In this document: positions 12,911 through 24,900 of the stretch, one piece after another
Layout of the letters: the number at the start of each line of letters is the position of its first letter
Position numbering within the stretch: position 1 is the first letter of the stretch
Assembly (NCBI RefSeq): GCF_964355755.1
Contig: NC_092677.1
Location: 3,060,101 to 3,124,100 of the forward strand
From: Antedon mediterranea
Taxonomy: Eukaryota; Animalia; Echinodermata
Length of the DNA: 64,000 bases
Direction: 5' to 3'
The notes under the pieces: model-generated
Databases searched by the model: none
What the model was told of the DNA's origin: nothing
What the model saw: the letters and a program-made list of their open reading frames with translations, nothing else
Position numbers and translations under genes: made by a program

Positions 12911-15900
12911 ATGATGACCCATCAGAAGGGGTCTAGCCTAGCGCCTGACAGCAAAATGACCGGTCTGTATGACATCAAGGAGACGCTAGGCAGGGGTCAT
13001 TTTGCTGTTGTTAAGTTAGCCCGTCATGTGTTTACTGATGAAAAGGTAGCTGTCAAAGTTATTGATAAAACTAAATTAGATGAGATATCAAAGGCACATC
13101 TTCTACAGGAAGTGACATGCATGAAACTTGTACAACATCCAAATGTGGTGCGGTTATATGAAGTTATTGACACCCAAACAAAACTGTATTTGATCCTTGA
13201 ACTTGGTGATGGTGGAGATATGTATGATTACATAATGCAGCATGAAAATGGGCTAGGAGAAGACTTTGCGAGAATATATTTTATACAGATTGTTCAGGCC
13301 GTCTCGTACTGTCATAAACTTCATGTTGTACACAGAGATTTGAAACCAGAAAATGTTATATTCTTTAAAGATCAGGGAGTCGTAAAATTAACTGATTTTG
13401 GGTTTAGTAATTGTTATAATCCAGGACAAAAACTTGAAACAAGTTGCGGAAGTTTAGCATATTCAGCACCGGAAATTTTACTAGGAGATTCATACGATGC
13501 CCCAGCTGTTGGTTAGTATATTTATTTTGTACATGCAGAAACATTAACTGATTCACGTCACACGTTAAACAAACATCCTCATGACCATAGCTATCATATC
13601 CAAAAATAATTTTTTTCACATCATGATATCCAAATTCATTTTTTTTGCATCAATTTTATTTGATATTTCTCATTTGATATTAAATAGGAATTCATATTTT
13701 TTTATTGTTTTGTTTTTTCCTGTTATTTCTCTTCTACAATTCGTCCTATCATGTTTATATTCATTGTTCTTTTATATTCTCAGTTATTTATGACGTTTGT
13801 TCATACGTCATAATCTTTTCCTGAAATTTTTAATTTATCTATAAATATATGTAAAATAGATATTATCTTCTTTTCTTCTTTCATAAAATGATTACAATAT
13901 AATATGCAAATAACTTGAAAAAAAAAATTGTTTTATTACAAATAGTGATTAAGTACTGTATGTATGAGTTTGAATATAGTTTTATTACAAATTTACTAAA
14001 CCACTACAGTATGTTCAAAGTTTATTTATGTAATTAACATGAACCATCAGAATCAACATAAACGTTCTAGTTTAATACACCATCATCATTCATGAATATT
14101 TATAACAACATTACAGTTTCCTCGTTGACTTACTAAATACTGTTTGCATGAATACAGTATCAAATCAGGCCTGTAGTAGTAAATATATTTGATTATTATG
14201 ATGGTCATACATTAGCTACTATATGATTGTATGGTGATTGACCACTGTAGGTCTAAATAGGTAATGCGTTGAAACTATTCCATGCAGCATTTTCCGGTAT
14301 TCAAATCCACATTTTCTGTTTATGGTGGTTTGTTTACTAACTGTGCGTAGTGACTTTTGCATAAACAGGGGTGTGGATACTGCAAAAGGGAGGAGTGAGG
14401 CCGATTTATGTCATGGAATACTGTATGTACCCTTGGCTGGCGCTAGATACTAGTGTAACTAAGGATTTAACAAAAATACAAAGGCTCTGTCTACACTATC
14501 AAACTTTATGTGAAAACAAATTGTGATGTGCCCATATATGGACATAATGATGTCATATCATGTCATATTTGAGCACATCACATTTTTTTGTCAAACTAGT
14601 GTAGAACTTGTAGACCAAATTTATTTCTGTATCTCATTTCTTCTAATTTATCATTTTCAGAACTAGAAAATTAATTTTTTTTAAACAACTTTCCCTTTAC
14701 AACATACGTCATCAACATACTGACTTTACTGGTAGTAATTTTGATATCACTTTAAATTGTTATTAGTGGTACTACAGTAGTTGTAGATTGCTTTAATTGT
14801 ACCGTCCTGGATAAATGGAATAATCTACATGATTTTATAATCTCTATGTATTATTGAGGATGAAACCATCTATCTAGACTACTTGCCTGATGTTTATAAT
14901 TGTTAATATAAATAGATACATTCATCATAATTACATAATCTTTAAGTATGTTTTTTCGAGAGTTATTTATAGTATCGTTAAAAAAATAAAATCTTTAAAA
15001 GATATTTCAGGTCATTATACTATGAAGGAAAGAGATGATTACCACGGTCTCAATTTGTGTAACACTTCAAACCACTACCCATTTCCTTCTCTAGGTCAAC
15101 CTTAGGTCAACGGGAAAGCCCGCAAATACTGATTAGAGGTTTACGAAACAGTATACAGTCAACTCTTCAAATACCTGGACTCTTTGAAAACTAGACTCTC
15201 TCCTAAAAACCAGTCTTTTCTTGAGGATTAAAAAGTCCCAAATTTATTTTTACCATTAAAAACACATTCTGATTACCAGACTTTCCAGAAAACCAGACAT
15301 ATTAGGTTAGCTCAATGGTATTGGGAAAGTTGCCTATTAACTTTTTGGCCACCACAGTAATACTGTACTAAAAAAAAAGATGGTAGGAACATTAATTTTA
15401 CAGCTCCATGTTCCTACTAAAATGTTTAATAAATTATTATTGCTTTCTAATCAAAATTTTAAAAAAATAAATAAATTATTAATTATAATTTAATGAATGT
15501 TTTTATTTTGTAGATGTTTGGAGTCTTGGTGTGTTACTTTATATGCTTGTTTGCGGTGAACCTCCTTTCAATGAAACCAACGACAGTGAGACATTAACAA
15601 TGATTATGGATTGTAAATATACATTCCCAAGTCATATTTCTGAATCCTGTAGAAGGTAAGGAGAATTATGAACCTTGACCTAAACATTTCTTAATGTCAA
15701 AGGTCAGTAAAGGTAGAAACATTTGACCGAGCGAAAGTTTATTTGCAATGTCTATTTAAAATTGAAATAATAAAAACAAATTTTACTGTTTGTTTTTATT
15801 ATTTCAATTCTAAATAGATATTGCAAATAAACTTTCGGTCAAATTGAGAGAAAATTTCTTATGGCCAACAAGTTGGGGTGTTAGTTGGTTTCTTTCGGTT

Positions 15901-18900
15901 GTTACAGTTTTTAAAAAGCGTTTTTATCCCGACGTTCTACGCGGCACAGTACCATGATTCTTGGGTAGAGTGCTTCTACCATAAAGCTTTGTATACGGCC
16001 ATGAGGCTTAAAAGTGTTACCGACAAAAAATAGATTAATATTGAGGTACTGTAGATGGCATTATACTCCAATAGTTTGTAAAACGAACAGGACGATCGTG
16101 TTCTAATAAATTAATAGAAATGGCCTTGATAAATTTATAATAATGTATTCATTCATACAGTATACAAATATAAATACAATATGTACAGTATAAGTATAAT
16201 AAATATAATACAATATGTACAGTATAAGTATAATAAATATAAATACAATATGTACAGTATAAGTATAATAAATATAAATACAATATGTACAGTATAAGTA
16301 TAATAAATATAAATACAATATGTACAGTATAAGTATAATAAATATAAATACAATATGTACAGTATAAGTATAATAAATATAAATACAATATGTACAGTAT
16401 AAGTATAATAAATATAAATACAATATGTACAGTATAAGTATAATAAATATAAATACAATATGTACAGTATAAGTATAATAAATATAAATACAATATGTAC
16501 AGTATAAGTATAATAAATATAAATACAATATGTACAGTATAAGTATAATAAATATAAATACAATATGTACAGTATAAGTATAATAAATATAAATACAATA
16601 TGTACAGTATAAGTATAATAAATATAAATACAATATGTACAGTATAAGTATAATAAATATAAATACAATATGTACAGTATAAGTATAATAAATATAAATA
16701 CAATATGTACAGTATAAGTATAATAAATATAAATACAATATGTACAGTATAAGTATAATAAATATAAATACAATATGTACAGTATAAGTATAATAAATAT
16801 AAATACAATATGTACAGTATAAGTATAATAAATATAAATACAATATGTACAGTATAAGTATAATAAATATAAATACAATATGTACAGTATAAGTATAATA
16901 AATATAAATACAATATGTACAGTATAAGTATAATAAATATAAATACAATATGTACAGTATAAGTATAATAAATATAAATACAATATGTACAGTATAAGTA
17001 TAATAAATATAAATACAATATGTACAGTATAAGTATAATAAATATAAATACAATATGTACAGTATAAGTATAATAAATATAAATACAATATGTACAGTAT
17101 AAGTATAATAAATATAAATACAATATGTACAGTATAAGTATAATAAATATAAATACAATATGTACAGTATAAGTATAATAAATATAAATACAATATGTAC
17201 AGTATAAGTATAATAAATATAAATACAATATGTACAGTATAAGTATAATAAATATAAATACAATATGTACAGTATAAGTATAATAAATATAAATACAATA
17301 TGTACAGTATAAGTATAATAAATATAAATACAATATGTACAGTATAAGTATAATAAATATAAATACAATATGTACAGTATAAGTATAATAAATATAAATA
17401 CAATATGTACAGTATAAGTATAATAAATATAAATACAATATGTACAGTATAAGTATAATAAATATAAATACAATATGTACAGTATAAGTATAATAAATAT
17501 AAATACAATATGTACAGTATAAGTATAATAAATATAAATACAATATGTACAGTATAAGTATAATAAATATAAATACAATATGTACAGTATAAGTATAATA
17601 AATATAAATACAATATGTACAGTATAAGTATAATAAATATAAATACAATATGTACAGTATAAGTATAATAAATATAAATACAATATGTACAGTATAAGTA
17701 TAATAAATATAAATACAATATGTACAGTATAAGTATAATAAATATAAATACAATATGTACAGTATAAGTATAATAAATATAAATACAATATGTACAGTAT
17801 AAGTATAATAAATATAAATACAATATGTACAGTATAAGTATAATAAATATAAATACAATATGTACAGTATAAGTATAATAAATATAAATACAATATGTAC
17901 AGTATAAGTATAATAAATATAAATACAATATGTACAGTATAAGTATAATAAATATAAATACAATATGTACAGTATAAGTATAATAAATATAAATACAATA
18001 TGTACAGTATAAGTATAATAAATATAAATACAATATGTACAGTATAAGTATAATAAATATAAATACAATATGTACAGTATAAGTATAATAAATATAAATA
18101 CAATATGTACAGTATAAGTATAATAAATATAAATACAATATGTACAGTATAAGTATAATAAATATAAATACAATATGTACAGTATAAGTATAATAAATAT
18201 AAATACAATATGTACAGTATAAGTATAATAAATATAAATACAATATGTACAGTATAAGTATAATAAATATAAATACAATATGTACAGTATAAGTATAATA
18301 AATATAAATACAATATGTACAGTATAAGTATAATAAATATAAATACAATATGTACAGTATAAGTATAATAAATATAAATACAATATGTACAGTATAAGTA
18401 TAATAAATATAAATACAATATGTACAGTATAAGTATAATAAATATAAATACAATATGTACAGTATAAGTATAATAAATATAAATACAATATGTACAGTAT
18501 AAGTATAATAAATATAAATACAATATGTACAGTATAAGTATAATAAATATAAATACAATATGTACAGTATAAGTATAATAAATATAAATACAATATGTAC
18601 AGTATAAGTATAATAAATATAAATACAATATGTACAGTATAAGTATAATAAATATAAATACAATATGTACAGTATAAGTATAATAAATATAAATACAATA
18701 TGTACAGTATAAGTATAATAAATATAAATACAATATGTACAGTATAAGTATAATAAATATAAATACAATATGTACAGTATAAGTATAATAAATATAAATA
18801 CAATATGTACAGTATAAGTATAATAAATATAAATACAATATGTACAGTATAAGTATAATAAATATAAATACAATATGTACAGTATAAGTATAATAAATAT

Positions 18901-21900
18901 AAATACAATATGTACAGTATAAGTATAATAAATATAAATACAATAAGTAATAAGCAGAGTATAATACAAGTACCAAAAAAAGTTGATGGAATTTGTCTAC
19001 ATCTACCTTAAGTTCTGTAAAATACTACAGCCATCTTCTATGCAGAGTGTGCCATGGCAAAAAATTAATGATGTTCATATTTTTTTTTTTTTTTTTTTTT
19101 TAATTTATTTTATATCATTTCCACACAAAATGTTTTTTTGAATATTTTGACCAAATGTTCATTATGAAGTATGTTACTTATTGTAAATGTGAACAAAATA
19201 AATTGACAATATATGTTGTTATACAACTGTATACAAGCAAGTTCTTAAGTTCAACTGTGCAATTGGTCGACACAAATTGCTTGTCTTTTTCAATGATAGA
19301 TGATGTTTCAACTCTGCTTAGTATTTTTCTGCCTTCCCTACATTTTCCAATTATGTTGTATAAGACGTAAATTGCTACACATCTATTACCGTACTGTACT
19401 GGCCATTTGCAACCCACACAATCAGTTCATATTAAACAATAAAATGTACAAATATACATTCAAAACTGTATTGAGACAGCAATGCATTGCAACCTGGCTG
19501 GTATACAGTAGTAAATCACATCACAGCTAATAATGTGGGCTGAACAGTAAAAAAATGTTTTAATTGTTTATGTACCTGTTGCAATCGGATGCTACAATAA
19601 TCATTCCACTCACGACAATGAACATCAGGGAACAAAACATCGAGATGAGTGGAAAATTTAACTGAAACACAAAATTATCTATGAAAAGAAATATTATAAT
19701 ATCCAGGAACAGATCCCAGATTTTTTTTAATGAGGGAACGCTAACATAATATTTATAGTTTCAAGTCAAAATAGACTTATAAATAAAGTAGTTAAATTAA
19801 TTTAATTTTTATAGCTGTCAAAATGGAGGAGTATGCTATCCCCTTCTCATTTCGTATCTATGGTAACATGAGGTCAAAGGTTGTAGCAAACTGGAGTAAA
19901 TAAAATGATACATTTATTCACCAACTATCACAATGCAATCTTCCTCTGTAGACTGAAAGGACCTTTTAAAATTAATTTTATACATTAAAATTTTCTATAG
20001 TAATAATTTAATATTTTATGGTGGAGTTGATGTTTATTATTCTCCATTTCTTTACTGTAACATATTTTTAATTAAATGCGTGGCTTGCATTACAAAGCAC
20101 TAATCATCGTAGTATTAATAGAGTCTGAACAGAAGTCTATCTGGATATTTAATAGATAAATTCTATCACTGTTGGATAGGGAACAGAGTAAGCTTACTTA
20201 CAGCAGCATTTAATAGATCATAAAATACTCGCTGTGACGTCTATGGAAAGTGCCCTTTGAAATAGGCCTTTGTGTAATATCGTGTATGTCTGCTGATACA
20301 GTACAAAGGCCAATTTAATTACACTATTCATTATTGTATTCATTTCCTTGTAAATATATTAGAAAATTACTGGGAGTAAAAATGGCAATTCTGTAGATCT
20401 CAATGGCGAATATAATATAATAATAATAATAATATAATATTAATATAAGCCATGAACATTATTAATTACCCCAGTAATGTTTTTAGGGTCAAACACGTAT
20501 GGAAACATACTCCCGTAATGCAGCTAGTAATCAACGCAAAGTTGTGTCTTGATCTAACCGGGTTCCCATTTATACACCTGGGTGGAGAGAGGCAAACGTA
20601 AGTAAAGTAGCTTGCCTAAGGATACAAGGAATGCAGCAAGAGTTTGATTTAAACCTCAGTAGTCAACGTCCAACATACTGCATCACACGCCCTTACAATT
20701 ACATATAAATCTGTATTATTAAGTAAAAAGACTGAAATCAAAATGATAAAATAAAACTCTGTCAACACTATCAAACTTTATGTGACAAAAAAAAGTGATA
20801 TACCCAAATATGGTACTGTAGTGATATGATGACATCATCATGTCCATATATGGGTACATCACATTTTGTTGTCACATAAAGTTTGATAGTGTAGACAGAG
20901 CTTTAAACAGCCAGAATGAAAGTGAATAGGCTTTCGGAAAACATTGTACAGTATCTTTTATTTTTAGCGTTTACAATACATTGTCAATGATTACAGTATT
21001 AAAGATTTAAACCTGTAGTATTATTCTATTGTGATACTCAGAAATTCATTAATTATACAGAATTAGTGAGTTACTGAGAAACTATAGTCAATTGCATGTG
21101 TTAATGCCTTTGGCAAATGCTATATGTTAAATGTCTACAGTACAGTAGCTGGTATAGTAACTTTTACAAAATTGACACATGGTGCAATGCCAAATGAGGT
21201 TTATTTATTGTTAATAATTAATAGAAACCTGGATCTTATAATTTTCTTAAATTGTGGGTGGGGGAATGATTATGAGTAATATTTGATACCGAGAGGTCAG
21301 GGTCGTTTTTTTTCTAGCCAAACTTTATATTTTTAATAACTTGCACTAATATACAGCATACTAGCATTAAGCTGAACATTTTACTAACTACAGCAGTATC
21401 TAGGGACCGTGTAAAAATTATTACAAAGTTACTGTGCAGTGACTACATTTTTCTTAAGATCTTACTACAATATCAAAATTTATGTGATAAAAAAATGTGC
21501 TGTGTCCATATATGGACATGATGATTTCATATCACTGCAATATTTGGGTTTATGCAATTAAGTAGCCAACCATTTTGCATACAGTAGACTGCTTATTTCA
21601 GTGACTGGCTGATTAACCAAGTACAGTACAATAAAGATAGATACATCTATTGTGCAGTAAATGTGTATTAACTGCAGTAACTGCAGTAGAATATTTTTGA
21701 TGATGAAAGCGTAGCAATAAATGCATCCATGTTATATCATAATAATATAATTCATATTTTAAAAGAGAAACATTAAAACATCAAATTAATGTCAGTTATT
21801 ATACATTAAGTGTTTTGTTATAGATATTAGATTAAAATAATCACATGTCACTTCCGTACAGATATAGTAATAAAATACAAATTTATTACTAATCTTTATT

Positions 21901-24900
21901 TCAGTTTGATATCGAAATTACTAGTACGTGATCCGGAGAAACGCTTGGACTTAAAGACAATCGAGAATCACCCGTGGATCACGATGAATACCGTACCCAT
22001 CGCAGTGGAACCACTTATCACTAAGCAAGACATTTCGTTAGGATTACATTCAAGTATTATAAACGCTATGATATGCGGTAAAGTTGCCGATAAATTGACA
22101 ATTACAAGGTACGTTGGCCTTGTCGTCATCTTTTTCACAAGTACCAGTCAGCTGGAAGTGTTTTTGTTTATTGTAGTTTTTGTGTATTGATTTTCTGCAA
22201 TGTTATATTTGTCCATGTGTAGTTGATTGTGAAATAGTATGTTTCTGTCGAGCATCATTGTTGTTTTTTTATACCTGTAGTACACTTTAAATGATCTTCC
22301 TTTATCATAGAATCATATGATAGAATTCAATATCTATTAGTCTATTTTGTGCCTAACTTATCTGGATAAACAAAAAAATAACCAATTATTCTCAAAGAGT
22401 AAGATATAACTCAAAAAGTGCAAAATTGATTGACCACCCCTATCCACAAATGGGAGCCTCCCCACAAGAGTCATGGAAAGTATACAATAAACAGCTTGCT
22501 TGCAGAGTCATTGTGGCTAATAGCATTCAATATGTATTAGTCTATTTCATGCCTAACTTACCTGGATAAACCAAAAATAACCTATTCTTCTGAAAGAGTA
22601 AAGACATAATGTAAAAATTGCTGTAGAAAATGTATTGAACACCCCTATCCACAAATAGGAGCATCCCAACAAGAGACATGGAAAGTAATAAACAGCTTGT
22701 AGAGGCATTGTGGATGTAGCATTCAATTTTTTTTCCATTATTTATGTATTGTCAACAGGAATGAAATATGGCCATAAAATTTAAGGTGAAAGTATTGACC
22801 AATCACAATGAATCCTAAAGTATCAATTGACCAATCAAAATTAATTCTAAAAGTATTAACCAATCATAATTAATCCTAAAAGTATTGACCAATCGCAATG
22901 AATCCTAAAGTATCAATTGATCAATCAAAATTAATTCTAAAAGTATTAACCAATCATAATTAATCCTAAAAGTATTGACCAATCGCAATTAATCCTAAAA
23001 GTATTAATTGACCAATCAAAATTAATTATAAATGTATTAATTGACCAATCACAATTAATCCTAAAAGTATCAATTGACCAGTCATAATTATTCTTAAAAG
23101 TATTGACCAAAACATATTCGAATACCAACTGTATTTTCACTTCTTTGAATATTGTTTTCCAATTCTGTACGGAAATTGATTAAAATGACCTTTAAAAAAA
23201 AAAAAATGTGATTTAACTTGTTTTGATTTTGCTTCCTTTAAATGCCAACACGATTTCAGTAATTCCTTTTGGTAAATACTCTGTATTTATAAAATACTGT
23301 AAACTGTACAGACACGGGGCAGCTAGAGTGTAGATTAGCACACTCAGACAAACAATTACTCTTTTCGATTGGTGTACATAATTTTCAACTGCATGTGGTA
23401 CACAGGGACCAACTGTTTTAGTCCCATCCGAAGGACGAGGCAATGATAGAGTAAAGCATTGTACCTAAGGATACAATCAATATGAAGCAGACAGATTCGA
23501 ACCCATGATACCTTTCACATGCTATTGTGCCCTACAGACTTAGCACTGTAGAAAAAATGTCAACATACAATACTACTGTATTTGTAAGTTTTTAGTAGTG
23601 TTAACATTTATTTTGAATAAACTGTTTTGTTTTTATACATTGTTATTCTGTTTGCTACATAGATTTAGAACATTAAATAATTTATTCTCTTAATTCATGT
23701 TGTCTAACTGTACATTTATAATGTTAATATCTGTAGCAATTTCAAATAATTAACATTCTCTTTCTCGTAAATATATCAAAATGTAGCACTATGATGAATT
23801 ATGGTATTATCATCATTAGCCAATCACAATACAGCATTACTCGCACTCTAGAATGTTATGTATTGTACGATTCTGGCAATTTATATCTGTATATTATCAA
23901 CAGGAGTACAGTAGTGATATATTATAAATTTATACAACTTATTAATTAAATAAAATGTAGGTAGATGCTATCAGCTATGTTATCATCCATCAAAAACTTG
24001 TGTGTTTGTTGTCCTCAAAAATGTCACCCTTATCGTCAACAAAAGTATCAATCTAGTATATCTAAAAAAGTGCAGCATCAAATAGCTTTTAACGACAGTG
24101 AATGTGTTCAGCATTTGATATTCTGTTTTTTTTTACTGCAGTTACTGCGGTAACTACAATTTGTTGACACTTTTAACTGTTTATGCAATTATTAATAGCA
24201 AGCTTTATTTTTGCTAATCAAAATACACTGTTGCAGTGACTTCCTCATAAATCTCTCCATTGAAAAAAACTTAATTCAAATGTCATTGTCAGAAAAAATG
24301 TGTAATAACTGCAGTAGGATTATTTTGACATTTAAGGTTTGTTAATCAATATCTTTGTTTCTTTTTTACCCAGCGCTCTTGAAAGCGACTCGTACAATCA
24401 CATCACAGCTACTTACTTTCTGCTCGCTGAGCGCAAGATGAAAAAAAATGTCACAAAGAAAACAAGTCAACTTGATTCACCAGGTCAAAAATCTAGGTAA
24501 TGTAAATCGACCATTTGAACTTACTACAAATAGACTAAGTTGTGCATTTTACATTCTGTTTAGTAAAAAATAGAATTACTGTATGTAGAACTCATTTACA
24601 TGTCCCTGTAATTGCATCCTAGTGCGAACCACGCTTTAATTTAGAATAGTATGACTGTATGTAGAACTCATTTACACTTAGGTGTATCTGTAATTGCATC
24701 CTAGTGCGAACCACGCTTTAATTTACAATAGAATTACTGTATGTAGACCTCATTTCACTTGTGTGCCAGTATTGTGTCGTAGTGCAAACCAAAGCTTTAA
24801 TTTAGGCCACCTCGCGAGGTGCTCCAAATGGGTTGGGCAAACCTAAACCCAATCAACTGTGACCAATCAATGGCTTGGAGTAAATGAATCGTTGGAATGG

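Noticed and set aside
16103-18976. Three ORFs of 919-957 aa on the minus strand
   Set aside because: They are translations of the 35-bp satellite, whose minus strand happens to lack stop codons. There is no unique sequence or domain.
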